Positions 1-14,150 of a stretch of DNA of 64,000 nucleotides are shown here, one piece after another; positions within the stretch are counted from its first letter, which is position 1; each line of letters starts with the position of its first letter. The notes beneath the pieces were generated by a model. It saw only the letters and a program-made list of their open reading frames with translations, was not told the origin of the DNA and did not search any database. The translations under genes were made by a program, and so were the position numbers. Source of the stretch: Cercozoa sp. M6MM (Eukaryota > Protista > Endomyxa: Ascetosporea); assembly GCA_040357565.1 (NCBI GenBank), contig JBDODJ010000035.1; one strand, written 5' to 3'.

Positions 1-1578
1 CGCCTCGACTGCCGGGCAGACCACCCACGTGCAGTGACTTGGTCGGGTAGCTGCGACCAGTCCAGGTGTCTGGTGCTTTACCTCTTACCTTGCCCTTTAC
101 CCCCTCCCCCCCCCTACCCCAGCTGCTAAACTATAGCTACCGAAGGACGAGTTGTCGCTGCGAAATCACGCGTGGCACTGTCTTGCCTGCCTGTGTCCAA
201 GGCAAGTCATCCCCTGTACAGAGTGAGTGATGGCTTCAAGTGTAGGTAGGTACCGAGTAGTTCTTCATGCGGAACCACAGCGGAAACAACAGCGTCACCG
301 TGGCCAACGGCAAGGCACGCACGCTACGCCGCCTGTGCAGATATACATGTAGGGAACGAGGTCAGGCAGGTAGGTAAGAAGGCAGGTAGGCGGAAAGCAA
401 GGAAGGCAGGTCAGGAAGTTAGATAGGAAGGGCATGAGTCGGGTAGATAAGGCGAGAAGGTCGGGTGGCGGGGTAAAGTGGATCCTACCATGAGGCACCC
501 TGCCGAGCCTCACTCTTGCCGGCAGAGATCGAGGTGCGGAACAATCGCATCAAGGAATCTACAGCTCGCTCCAGCGGTGACCTGTTGCATCCCATCCAGA
601 TAAACATGAGAACATAACAGGTGGCACACGAGGCCACAATTTGTTTGTACCGATAGCCAGCACTCGTGTCCTTCCTGCTCTCTCTGCACACAGTTGTCTC
701 TGGGGTGCTGGGTAGGTACACAGAAGTACAAGGTACCGATCGGCAGTATCGGCAGCGAAGGCACACTGCGTCAAATGACGCAACAACAATCGCATCACCG
801 GCAGCCACCAGTTACTGTTGCCTGACGGGTAGGGAGGTAGGGATGGGTAGGGTGGGGGGTCAAAGGGGAGTAAAGCTTCCCCCAGTACCGAGTGTGCGCG
901 CACCCTGCTCGACGTGCTTGTGGAACACGGCGACGGCCTCCTGTGCCGCAGTGAAGCACTCCTCAGCATCGCCTCTCGAACTGGCCAATGCAAGCTACAG
1001 GCACAACTCGACTAAACACCCTTTATGCCTAGCCATAGCAGCACGCTACAGTACCTGCACAATCTGACCGAACGGAGGCGGCAGTCGCACGATCAACTAC
1101 AGTGTGTTAAACAAGAGACTTACAACAGACACAAGCAGACACACTGAAAAGCAGAACATAGAGTGAGTACGTTGGGCATCTCGGAGGCGTGCTGCATGAG
1201 TTCCTGCAGCACGTGCGCGAAGTTGTCACCTGCCGTGCCTGCCTGCGCACTGGCTCTGCGCTCCAACAGCCGCTCGTACCTCACATTACACCGACATTAG
1301 GCAATACAAAAGGTACTGCTGAGCATCTATTCCAGGCGGCGAAGCAGCCGGCACACCTTTGCCCTGAGAGATCAATGCGCGCAACTGCTGCATCCGCGCG
1401 GACACGTCCATTGGGATGAATTGGATTGCTGTGCTTTTTCTGTCTAGTTCAGCTTATCAAATGCACTAAGTACACTCTACAACACACGCATACGACAGGG
1501 CACACCTAGTGGCACAGAAAGCGGCGTGTTGGGCTGCGGCTCATGCTTTGAGTCGGTAACGGGTTTAGGTTTCGACAT
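1..1578 (-). CDS. Spliced hypothetical protein, 3' part runs off the window
   Basis: ATG at 1578 (MSKPKPVTDSKHEPQPNTPLSVPL). GT-AG-bounded exons include YERLLERRASAQAGTAGDNFAHVLQELMQHASE, LALASSRGDAEECFTAAQEAVAVFHKHVEQG and SPLERAVDSLMRLFRTSISAGK. No family motif recognised. Confidence 0.45.
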
Positions 1579-1861
1579 TGACAATTCGCTCGAGTGACAA
1601 GAGCACTCACGGCACCACACTATACGTGAAACTCGCCTGAACTTTTAGCACTGCGAGGCACAAGAAAAACGTGGGAGTGTTTGGCAACACTGGGCAGCCA
1701 ATTTGTTACGATCGTCACACTTTCCCAGGTGGGAGGTGCTCGCTTACCTCGTGTCTGTCTTGTTCCAGTGAAGGCCAACGTTCCCCTGTGCAGTTGGACA
1801 GCAAGGGGTGCCAAAGACGCGGGAATCTTAGTTGTGTCTGTGTGCGGCCGTACGGGTCAAC

Positions 1862-3878
1862 ATGGAGCACGTGCAGGCGCAGTTGCGCGACGCGCAGCAC
1901 ACGGGCGACCCGGAGAAGGCGGTGCGAAGTGTGAATGCAGCACGTGAGGCCATCCGCGCGGCTGTGAGTGGCTCGGTTGACCAGGGTCAGGTGGGCGGCG
2001 TGCTGCACGAGCTGGCATGTGTGCTGGATGACCTGCCGCAGCTGCGACTCGAGGCCACGCACGGCCAGGCGTCATCACAGGTCCACCCCCATTTACCCCC
2101 CCTGTTTACCCCCTGTTTACCTCCCTGTTTACCCTTTTAACCTCCAATCGCACTCTGTGTTTACCCCTGTTACTTCTCTTATCCGCATCCCTCTTGTGCA
2201 GGCCGCTCATGCCGGCGAATTGGAGGCACTGCAGGTCGCCAGTGCGGAACAACTGGCGAAAGGCGAGCACTACTGCGTGCGCCGACTGCAGCGTATCGAT
2301 GCACTGCTGTCGCATGATACTGCGTGCAGTGACCTGTGCGACCTGCTTACACCCAAGGTAGCTAGTTGCTTCCTTCCCCCTAACACCCCTGTGACCCCCT
2401 TGACACCCTTCCCGTAGACCTGGACGGAGGAGTCGGTGGCATCCATGAGCGGCGCCGTGGCCGTGCTGCATGTTGTGCACCGCCGCGTGCGTCGCAAGGT
2501 GCTGCTGTCGCGACTGCTACTGCCGCTGGCGCGACTGCTGGCCAGTCTGTGCCTGGCACAGGAGAGCGCACTCCGCCTCATAGAGCAGCTGTCGGTACAC
2601 ATGCTCCCTGTACTGTACCAGTGTACTGTACCAGTGTACTGTACGAATGTATACTGTACTAGTGTACTGTACCAGTGTACCGTACCAGTGTACCGTACCA
2701 GTGCACTGTACCAGTGTGCTGTCCCAGTGTACTGTCCCAGTGTACTGTCCCAGTGTACTGTACGAATGTATACTGTGCTAGTGTGCTGTACTAGTGTACT
2801 TTACTCATGTATACTGTACTAGCATGTATACTGTACTAGTGTACTGTACGAATATTAGTGTACTGTACTATTGTATACTGTATTGTATACTGTAGTAGTA
2901 TACTGAGTGTACCGACCGTTGTACTGCACAGGTACTGCGCGTGGCCTGGCAGCGTGGCACCGAGGTGCTGCGGGTCTGCCTGCTGGCCGCTGAGCACGAG
3001 CGCAGTCAGCGCCGGTCGTCGGAAGACTACGGCGCCCTTCTGCTGCCGCTGCTGCGCACCGTCGATGACACTGTGGTACGGGACACTGTACGGGACACTG
3101 TGGTACGGGGGTAGGATACGGGCTATGAGGTGAGGATACGGTGCTCTATGGTGGGGACAGGCGGACCTGCCGTCGCTGATGCACGCGTGGACGCGCTTGG
3201 AGACAGCGCTGACTCGTCGACTGCTGCAGTGCGACAGCGTCACTCTGCGTGCCTCGGCACTCGCCCTCCTGGCCGACGCCCTCGCTCTTGTGCGCCGATA
3301 CGACCGCTTTCGACTCGCTCGCGCACTCGCTGTACTCACCCCCCCCCGAGATGCCTCTGCTTTTATTTGTGCTTGTAGCTTTATACATTTACTGAGCCCT
3401 ACTGGTGTGCATATACCTATATACTCATACCTATATACCTATACCTTTACCTATACATATTCCTATACCTCTACCTCTACCTCTACCTCTACCTCTACCT
3501 GTACACGTATACCGATCCACCTATACTTTTATACACATGTACCTTTTCGCCCTCCCCCATGATCTTCATGTACAGGAGAACGTGAGGCAGCGAGTGCGCG
3601 ACCTGATGCTGCGACGAGCGCACGCACAGATGCACGCGCACGTGCGCGAGGTGTTTGCCTTCATGGTAAGTCCTGTGTACTGAAGAGGGCGTGTCTGTGT
3701 ATACTTAAGGCTGCTGTCTGTGACTACAGGCCAAGGAACGAGCCGATGCGAGCGACATACGGGCTCTGTGGACGGCCTGCGTAGCCGCCGACGCCGAGGC
3801 GGACGCGCGGCGGCCCTTGCTGGCCGAGGCACTGCGCTCCAAGGCGTACGACCCGCTGTCCATTGCGTCCTTCCTGGT

Positions 3879-3922
<44 letters not shown>

Positions 3923-4022
3923 NNNNNNNNNNNNNNNNNNNNNNNNNNNNNNNNNNNNNNNNNNNNNNNNNNNNNNNNNNNNNNNNNNNNNNNNNNNNNN
4001 NNNNNNNNNNNNNNNNNNNNNN

Positions 4023-4070
<48 letters not shown>

Positions 4071-7000
4071 TGGCATGTGTCATTGGCGTGTGTGACACAT
4101 GCCAAGTGACTGACGGTATCTGGGGGGGGGGGGGCGATAACTAGGACGGTGTGCCACGTGCGCAGACGCAGAGCAAGGTGATGGAACTGCCGCGCAGTGC
4201 CAACTCGGCGCGACTGCTGTGCACCGTGGCACGTGCGCTGCTGCAGCGAGGCGATCCCAGCGTGCCACGTGGCACCGAGCAGATCATCAACCGCGTGGCC
4301 ACGTGGTCACTTCAGGTACCACATGCACACGATCATGGGTCACTGGTGTCACTTGGGTCACTGAGAGACGGTGTGAGTGTGCAGTGGCCCAACGACGGTG
4401 ACGACGGTCCGCGTGCGTGCGCCTCGTTGCTGCGCGAGCTGCCGCGCCTGCTGCCCGAGACGTCGCTGCTGCCGCTGCTGCGCACGTGTCTGCGGCCGTG
4501 GTTGCCGTCACTCTTCCAGAGGTACACTCTCCCAGGGTACACGGAGGGGGCGGGAACTAGGGGCTAGGAGGCAAGGGGCTAGGAAGCAACACGTGTCTGT
4601 GCAGGCCGTCGCACCTGAAGCTGCTGACGCAGGTGCTGGAGTCGCTGCGCGCACGTGACCTGAACGACGGTGAGTCACATGGGCACAGTCGCGTGGCTAC
4701 GCTGCTCAAGTCGCTGGTGCCACCGTCGACGGTAACATCATCGGTGGCATCATCGGTGGCATCATCGGTGCCACCGCCAGTGTCACCGTCGGTGACTGCA
4801 GGGTCACCGTCGGCATCAGCGACCGCGGTCTCGTCCGCCGGGTCGGCTTGGGGCACCGGCAGGCCCAAGTCGGCCGCGTGGCTGCGCGCGCACTGCGTCG
4901 CCTCGCTCACGCGGCACGCCGCCTCACTGCACCGATTCCTCGACCTCGACGGCGACGCCGTGGACGCCAAGGTGCCGCTTTACCCCCATTTACCCCCCTA
5001 TTATTCCCCTATTATCCCCCTATTAATCCCCTATTAATCCCCCTATTAATCCCGCTATTAATCCCTATTTATCCCCCCATTAATCCCCCTATTTATCCCG
5101 CCATTTATCCCCATCTATCCCTCTATTTACACCCATATTTATCCCCTATTTAGTCCCTATTTACCCCATATTTATCCCCTATATAGTCCCTATTTACACC
5201 CGTATTTACCTGCCGATTTACCCCTATTTAGTCCCATCTTACTCCCCTATCTACCTCTCTCTATCCTCCTCTTTATCCCCTGACGCCCTATGGCAGATGC
5301 GGCAGGAGGCGCAGACGCAGGGCGAGTCGGTGCAGCGACTGGTGTCTCTGCACCTGCGACTGCTGCGGCAGCACTCGTCTCTCCCGCTGTCTGACAACGA
5401 CGCCTGCCAGCTGCTGCATGCTGCTGCACAGGTGCGGCCTTTACCCCTGTTTACCCCCCTCCCGTTTTAACCCCCTGTTTACCCCCGTGTTTACCCCTAT
5501 TTACCCCCCCCCCCTGTGTGCAGCTGCTATGTGCGCCAGAGTTTCTATCGTCGGCAGTGTCAGTGCGCAGTGCGATCCTCGACTTTCTGTGTACGCTCCA
5601 TCTCATCAGGGGGGGGGGGGGGTGTATAAGGGTATGGGTATTGGAGTATTGGGTATGGGGGCATAGGGGTATGGGTATAGGGGTATAGGAGTATAGGTCA
5701 TAGGGGTAAAAGGGTATGTGTGTGTGCAGCCGACGAGTACGCGCAGGCACACGCGGCGGTGCAGGTGCCGGTGCAGCCTGCTGCCGACGGTGCCGACAGC
5801 AGCTGTCTCAGCCGAGTGGCCTGTGAGGCACTCGAGGTGCTCATGCTCGCCGTGGATGTGCAGTCGCCCAACGACCCTGCTATTGAGGTAGCCTGTTACT
5901 TCCCTGTTACTCCCATCTTACCCCGTCTTACTCCCCGTCTCACCCCCATCTTACCCCCCCCCCCGTCTCACCCCTCTTAACCTTCTCTTCCCCCATCTTA
6001 CCCTCGCCCCGACAGGACATGAAAGCGGCCTTTCTGGACGAAGCGGCATGGCGACTGTTCCAGCGTTGCTTCATCACTCGCAATAGGTATTACCCCCTCC
6101 CTCATTGCCCCCAGTGCCCCCATTGCCCCCATTGCCCCATTGCCCCATTGCCCCATTGCCCCATTGCCCCCATTGCCCCCATTGCGCCCATTGCCCACAG
6201 TGTGCCCTCTGATTTACCCCCCCCCCGTGTAGACTGGACAACACGCTGCGTGTGCAGCACCAGCGTCTGCAGCTCGTAGTGCTGGACGAGGGCGACGGTG
6301 CGGCGACGGTGCCGACCGGGTGGGACAAACTGCTGGCCGTGGCCGTGACCTGCGACACGGACGGTGTGGCACGTGCTGCCTCCGACCTCGTGGCGCGCCT
6401 CGTGCGTCAGTCGCCTCTGCGTGCCTTCAGTGCCACTGGTACGCACTGTCCCCATTGATTCCTACTGGTCCTTATTGATCCCTACTGGTCCCACTGGTCC
6501 CAATTGATCCCTACTGGTCCATCTCGGCTCAGGCGGACGGGACGCACTGGTGGTGTCGCTGCTGCGGTCGCTGCAGGCGCTGCTGGGCGACGTGGTGGCG
6601 GCCGGACAGCTGCACCGGCCCGAGCAGCGACGACTGGCGACTCGCGCGGCCGCTCTGCTGCGCCACGTGGTGCTGGCACGTGTGCCCTCACTGAGACAGC
6701 ACATGACCACTCAGGGCTTCCAGCGCTGGCGACTCTGGTCGCACGAGTCGGCTAGACTCTGCGAGTCGCCGCTCGCCGAGTCCTCCGCGCGGACGCTACC
6801 CGGACACCTGTCCTTCGCCACTGCTGCTGTACACCCTTGTGTCTCACGTGCTATCGTGCTCACGTGCTACCGTGCCCACGTGCTACCGTGCCCACGTGCG
6901 CAGGTCATGCCGGACGAGATGGCCGACCCGTGCCTGCGCGAACTGGTGTCGTCGAATCTCTCGCTGCCGCGCAGTGCCACCGTGGCCGACCTGCGTGCGA

Positions 7001-10000
7001 GGTTTTTACCCCCCCCCATCTTGCCCCCATCTTGCCCCCATCTTGCCCCCCATCTCACCCCACCTTGCCCCTATCTTACCCCCTGTTACCCTCCCTCCAG
7101 TGCTGCGAGGTACCTCGGCGTGCCTCCCGACAGCGTGCGTCTGGCCATCCGCGCGGCCGACTGTGCCGCCGATGCCTACGACCAGCCTGTCAGTCTGACC
7201 ACAAGTGCCACTGGCGACGACAGTCCTGTCGGTACCACAGGTACTACGGGTACAGGTACTAGAGGTGCAGGTACTAGAGGTACAGGTACTGCAGGCACCT
7301 GGCGTCCCGTCGAGGGCAGCGAGTGCCTGCCGCTCGCCATGTTCCTGCGCGCACCTGTGCCGTCCGAGGCGCACGTGCTCGTATGGCCGGTAGAACCCTC
7401 TCTCTCTCTGTGGCTGATCTCTCTGTGTGACTGGACTGACTGGTGTGATCAACTGACGGTGTGACTGACTGACTGGTGTGACCAACTGACGGTGTGACTG
7501 ACAGGTGCACGAGTGCGACACGGCCGACGAGAGCGAGAGCGCGGAGACGCAGCTGCTGGCCAAAACGCCGCCCGAGCTCTGGCTGCCCGAGGACCTGTGT
7601 GTTTTACCCCCTGTTTACCCCCCCCCCCATTTACCCCCTATTTACCCCTCTGTTTACCCCCCTGTTTACCCCCATCTTTACCCCTCTTTCCTTCCTGTTT
7701 TCCTCCCTGTTTACCCCCCTCCTCCCGGGCAGTGCCCCGCCAGTGACGCCGTCCTTCGTGGCCTGGAAGTCGCTGCTGTCGCCGCAGGAGCAGCAGCTGC
7801 TCTTCACATGGACTGCGCCGCTCGCCTGGCTCTCGCCCGACCTGGCTGGTGGCTTTACCCCTCCCCCTGTCCCCCTGTTCACCCCCCTATCCCCCTGTTC
7901 ACCCCCTATCCCCCAGTTTACCCCCCCAGTGACCCCCCCCCCCCCCCGGGACAGAGCTGGCGCTGGTGCTGCAGTACCGCGAGGGAGCGCCGGCACTGAC
8001 GACGTCGGAGGACACGGCGTCGCAGTCCAGTACGGACGATGCCGTCGGTCAGTACACGGTCCAGATGGACGGCGAGACGGTCCGTATGTACGACCTGGAG
8101 GACAGCAGTAGCCAGGAGGACGAGTGCTCGGACGCGTCCGCCGAGTCGTCCGAGTGGGACGACGGCGCCTACTTCTCGGACACCGAGTCGGACGCGCTGT
8201 CGGAAGCGGCCTCCTCCGACGACGACGATGACTGGTACCAGCGCACGTGGGTCTCACTGGGACACGTGGGTCTCACTGGGACACGTGGGTCTCACTGGGA
8301 CACGTGGGTCTCACTGGTGGGTTCCACTGGGCACGTGTGCCACTGGACAGGCCGCAAGGCCGACTGGGCGCCGAGTGGCCGCGGCTGCAGGACGACGCCG
8401 TCGACGTGTCCGCGCTGACGCCGCTGCTGTCCGCGTGGAGCGATGCGCCGCTGCACCTGGCGCTGGCGCTGGAGCGACTGCTGCTGCGCCGACTGCACGC
8501 GCGCCAGCTGCGCCACCTCGCTCTCCGACGGCGCAGGTGCTACCCCATGCCCTAATATCCCATGTGTATACCCTACCCATGTACCCCTACCCTATGTACC
8601 CCTACCCTATGTACCCCTACCCTATGTACCCCTACCCTCTGTACCCCATGTACCCCTACCCTATGCACCCCTACTCCATGTACCCCACCCTCAGAGGCAA
8701 ACGTCGCGGACGGTCACCGGCGTATGCGCGGCCCAGCAGCGGCGGCGGCGTGGTGACGCGCGCGCAGCGGCGGCGTGCCTCGGCGTCGCTGGCGCTGCTG
8801 GCCGCCGTGGCCGTGCCCTTCGCGCAGTCGCTGCGGCAGCGCGTCGCTGCGGCCGACGGTGTGTTTTACCCCCCTGTTTACCCCCCTCCCCCGTTTACCC
8901 CCCCCCCCCCCGTTTCCCCCTGCAGGCGACCTGGCGGCAGTGACCGCGCTGGTGAACGACGGCGACTGCAGCCGTGCGCGCGGACTGCACCAGCTGCTGG
9001 CGGTGGCACAGGCACTGCGCGCTCTGGCACAGGACGCCGTGCGTGTCACCGTGACTACCAGTGGTATCAGTGGTGGTATCAGTAGTGGTATCACCACTGG
9101 TGGTACCACTGGTACCGAGTCGCAGCAGCAGCACCGTCTCCTTCTGCCGTCGTCGGACCTGCCGACACTGGATGAACTGTTGCGCACGGTACCCTGTCTT
9201 ACGGGGGGGGGGGGGTAACACGTGTGTGCACGTGTGGACACGTGGGCACGGTGCAGGTGTTCCGCATGGCACTGGCCGTGGTTGATCTGGGCGGGCAGGA
9301 CGGTGCCGCCGTGGACGAAGTGATCTACCGCACCGGCATGGCCACGGTGGTTCGCTGCGGCGCCTCGCTGCTGCTGGCACGTGCGGCACCGTGGCAGCCG
9401 GAGGAGCAGGCACAGGGGGGTAAAAAGCAGACGCAACTGCTGGCAGACGTGGCAGGCGACTACGCGCGGCTGCTGGCGGCGCTGCTGCACGACGAGACAC
9501 GCGCCGCACTGCAGCACTCGGCTCTGCTGTCGCTGCGCACCTTGGTAGCTTGCCCTCCAGTTGGCACGTGTGCTCCAGTCCAGTGAGCCAGTTAGTGATC
9601 CCACTGGGCACATGTGAGCAGGCCAGAGTGAAGTCACGTGGCGCCAGTGGTATGCACCATGCCTTGGTGGAGACACTGGCGTCCTACCTGACCACTGCCG
9701 ATGACACCGAGGACGACGAGGCCTTTGACGGACAGGACACCATCTTCGAGGCACTCTCGGCCTTCTTGCCGCTGCTGTCGGCGCTGCCGCGGTGCGTTTT
9801 TNNNNNNNNNNNNNNNNNNNNNNNNNNNNNNNNNNNNNNNNNNNNNNNNNNNNNNNNNNNNNNNNNNNNNNNNNNNNNNNNNNNNNNNNNNNNNNNNNNN
9901 NCGTTTACTCCCCTGTTTACCCCCTAACTCCCCGGGCAGGTGCGGCCGGAACTGCTAGGCGGCGACAATGCACTAAACTGCGAGCAGTGCGGTACCTCTG

Positions 10001-13000
10001 TATGTACATAGGGGGGATAGTACAGATGGACCGGTGTGCATGTGTACAAATGGTGTGTACAAATGGACAGGTGTGAAGCGAGACACGACACGGCGCTCCT
10101 CGATGCTCGAGCTGCCGGACACGCTGCTCATCACGCTGAAGCGATTCGACTTTGATCTGCACACGCTGCGTCGTCGCAAGATACAGCAAAGGTAGACTAC
10201 ATCTTACCCCCCCCCATACCCCATCTTTCTCCCCATCTTGTCCCCTTGTATACCCCCTATATACCCCATCTTGCCCCCCCTTGATGATTAGGTTCCCTTT
10301 CCCTCACGCACTGGACATGGCGGAGTTCGCGTTTGGTTCGTCGGCACGTGGCGCGGCACGTGCGCAACTGGACGGTTTGGTATGTGTGGCACACAGCACA
10401 GTGCGAGTGACTGAGTGGGACGCTCTGATCACTGTGGGTTGGCACGTGTGCGCATCAGCAGGTGCAGTACGAGCGCGGCGACTACGAGTACGAGTGTGTG
10501 GGCGTGGTGGTGCACAAGGGCGGCGCCGACTCGGGCCACTACTTCTCGCTGCTGCGCGCACGTGCGCCGGGTCCACTGGAGGACGGTGACGTTGATGTCT
10601 TCCAGGTGGAGTGTCTCCTTGATCTCTCTCAGGGGAAGGGTACTTGGTGTGCGCGTGTGTGTGTGCACGTGCGTGTGTGTGTGCACGTGCATGTGTGTGT
10701 GTGTGTGTGTGTACAGGGCACTCAGGAGGAGCGGTACGACTGGTCGAAGGCACGTGGCCAGTGGTTCGAGTTCAACGACCGCGACGTGCGGCCGCTGCCG
10801 TCGGCGGCTCTGGTGCCTCGCCTCAGCTTCGGCGGCGGCGGCGACGGCGGCGATCAGTCCCAGTCGGCCTACGTCCTCGTGTACCAGCGCCGCCGGCCGC
10901 GCTCGTCGCTGCTGCCGCTGCACGTGCCCAGTGACAGTGCCCACGTGCCCAGTGGCAGTGACCACGTGCCCAGTGACCACGTGTCCACTGGCACTGCCCA
11001 CGTGTCCACTGGTCACACGGACCGACTGGTGCTGGCGCCGCACCTGCGCGACGAGTGGCGCCGCATCCGCGCGGACAACGACTCGCTCGTGCAACGCGCC
11101 AAGCTGGGCAACCTGGAGGTGTGTCCTCCTTGACCCGCTTTACCCTCCCCCCCCATCCCCTTTACCCCCATCCCCTTTACCCTCCACCTCCTTTACCCCC
11201 ACCCGCCCCCAGATGGCCAACTTCGTGGCCGCCATGGCTGAGCGAATCCGTCGACGCGTGGCACAGGAGACACAAGAGAAGGGGACCCATCAGCGGACAC
11301 AACAGGGGACACAACAGGGGACGCATCAGGGGACACAACGGACAGGACTGTCGGCCGGCCTGGTGCATGCGTTCGGCACGTGGTTCGACCTGTTCGTTCG
11401 TGTGACGGTGCGGTACGGCGGCACTGATCGCACCGGCACTGATCGCAGAGTGCAGGACGGTGTCACTGGCACTGATCGCAGAGTGCAGGACGGTGTCACT
11501 GGCACTGATCGCACTGACGGTGACACGTGCCAGGCCATGTGCCGACTGGCCGAGCACGTGGTCGGCGTGTCGTCGCAAGCGGCGCGACTTGTGCTGCGCC
11601 GACTGCTCGAGTCGGCCGACGGTCTCGGTATGCCCCTGTGTCCTGTCTGTCCATCTGTCCTGCCCATCTGACCTGCCCATCTGACCTGTCCGTGTGTACC
11701 TGTTCTGTCTGTACACCTGGGTCCATCTGGACAGACCTGGACAAAACCAGCGATCCGGCCACTCTGCTGACGCAGATGGTCGTCGAGGCGCCGCGTGAAT
11801 CCGTGTGTTTTACCCCCCTGCTTACCCCCTGTTTACCGCCCTGTTCACCCCCCTTAGGTGCGTCGGTTCTTCGCGTCGCTGGTGGTGCGATGCAGCGTCC
11901 GCGCGGACGGTTCGCTGGACCGACGACGGTGTCTGCGCACGTGCGCGACGGTGCTGCGACGGCAGTTTTTGCAGCGACACCTGCGCTCGCTGGCGCCGCT
12001 GGACGGTGTGCACAGGGTACCTACCTTGTCCTACTTGTACAGTCCTACCTGGCCTGTCTATCTGGCCTGTCTATCTGGCCTGTCTATCTGGCCTGTCCAT
12101 ATGTACCCCTGTGTGCGTGCGTGTGTCCGTGTGGACAGGTGCAGTGTGCCACGCAGCTGCTGGACACGATCGGCCAGCTGCTGGACAGCGAGGACGACGG
12201 CCCCGTGGCGCGCGACGTCGCCACGCAAGTGCTGGCCACGCTGCAGGACATCCTGATGGTACTTTACCCCCCCCCCCCACTCCTCCCTACCCCTTTACCC
12301 CTACCCATTTACCCTATCCCTTGAGCCCTACCCCCTTTACCCTATCCCCTTAATCCTATCCCCTTTACCCCCTTTACCCTATCCCCTTAACCCGTACCCC
12401 CTTTACCCTATCCCCTTAACCCCTATCCCCTTTACCCTATCCCCTTAACCCCTACCCCCAGGAACTGCGTCGCATCGCGCCGCATGCAGCGTTGGCGGCG
12501 GCGACGTCGGCTCGCGCGTGTCCGAGTCTGCGCGTGGGCCTGACGCCGGTGGTGCGACTGCTGCGGCAGCGCAGTGTGGCCGCCGTGGTGGCCGACTTGG
12601 ATGCCACGGCCGCACTGCGACTGGCCACGGCACTGGCCACGGCGCCTGTCCTCAGTGCCGCCGACTTTGACGCCAGCACGCAGCGCGACCTGGTGCGCAT
12701 TTATACTCCCATCTTACCCATCTTGGTCCCATCTTACCCCCACATTGGCCTCCATCTTACTCCCATCTTACCCCTCTCTGAGCCCACCCTGACCCTCACA
12801 CCCACAGGTGAACGACGCCGTAACTCTGGCGCTCGATAGTGGTCGACTGGACGACCTGGTGCGCGAGGTGTGTCGCCACCTGCTGCTGCAGGCCGACTTT
12901 GATGGCGCTGTGCCTCTGCTGGCTGTGTTGGTAGCTTTACTCCCTTACTCTTATTCTCCAGTTACCCCCTCTTCCCTCCCCCCACCCACAGTACCGAGCA

Positions 13001-13394
13001 GCCACCGTGCGCGTCTCTGTCGCCGTCGATATTGTGTGTGCCCTTGTGGAGGTGCCCTAGCTGTCTAGTCTACACTATATATCTTTATATTTGTTTTTAT
13101 ATCGATAGATGTATAGATGTGTATCTACAGTATTTGTAGATATACTTTATATGATAGACGTATGTGCAATGTGTATGTATAGGCCGCACTGCCGACGTCG
13201 AACCTGGTGTCGCACCGACTGCGCCTGGTGCTGCTGCAGTGTATCAGCAGCGTCGTGCAGCTGCGCGACGTGGCGGCCTCGCTGCCACCGGCCACGGTGA
13301 CTGCCTTGTCCTCGCTGCTCGACTGGCTCACCGCCGCCCTGCAGGGACAGCCCAAGTCCTCGGTAGTCTTCTCTATCTACCCAGCTGTCTATCA

Positions 13395-13441
<47 letters not shown>

Positions 13442-13988
13442 CTCTGTCTATCTAGCTCTCTATCTATCTATCTCTCTATCTATCTGTCTGTCTGTTTGTA
13501 TCTGTCTGTATCTATCTATCTATCTGTCTCCTATATCATATATATATATATATATATATTTAATATATCTTATATATACAGGCGGAGCCACCGGCACCAC
13601 CAGGCTCGCAGGAGTTGCGACACGCGCCTCCACCCGGCGTGTCGAGCGACCTGCGGCGCCGCTTTCTGCGCAAGCGTACGCAGCGTGCCGCTCGCTACCT
13701 GTCCAACTGGTTGTCGGACGCGCGAGGTGTGTCCCCTTCCCTCGCCCTTTCTATCTCTGATAACAATATTGCTGGACCATTTCGTGCCCAGGTGCCTTCC
13801 GCGGCGTCGGCGCCAGTGACAGCAATACAGACACAGGCAAGGGCGTCGCTCGGATTGGTAGCTCTCCTCACTGGTTTAGCCTGGTGCGTTTTTACAGACG
13901 GCACCCTTTGCTTGTCGCAGGCCGCCGTTGGGACAGCGTCCGCAAGTCGCTCGCCAATGCCCGCCGCAACGCCATAGCGTCCGTTTAA
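1862..13988 (+). CDS. Large ubiquitin carboxyl-terminal hydrolase (peptidase C19, USP9/USP24/USP34-like), many introns
   Basis: Spliced exons give ELLGGDNALNCEQCG-VKRDTTRR, LPDTLLITLKRFDFDL, FPHALDM, the His box YECVGVVVHKGGADSGHYFSLL, WFEFNDRDV and SAYVLVYQR, flanked by long helical regions. The Cys box is not visible and may lie in the gap at 9802-9901. Confidence 0.85.
8243..8317 (+). repeat. Intronic 19-bp minisatellite (CACGTGGGTCTCACTGGGA), ~4 copies
   Basis: Direct tandem copies start at the splice donor at 8246. Confidence 0.9.
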
Positions 13989-14150
13989 GTTATCTTAGCA
14001 CTTTCGATCGTGATAAATCGCTGTTAAACCCCTCTGTCGTCGGTCGCGCCTGCCGGCAGCCGGCGCCGAACAAAAAATAACGGGAAAAAGTCTGGACGTT
14101 GAGTCTTTTAGATTTGTGTGCGTTCGCAAAGTGACATGCGGGAACTCTAG

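Noticed and set aside
8243-8317. CRISPR-like arrays among the tandem repeats
   Set aside because: The repeats are head-to-tail without unique spacers, lie in introns, and no cas genes are present.
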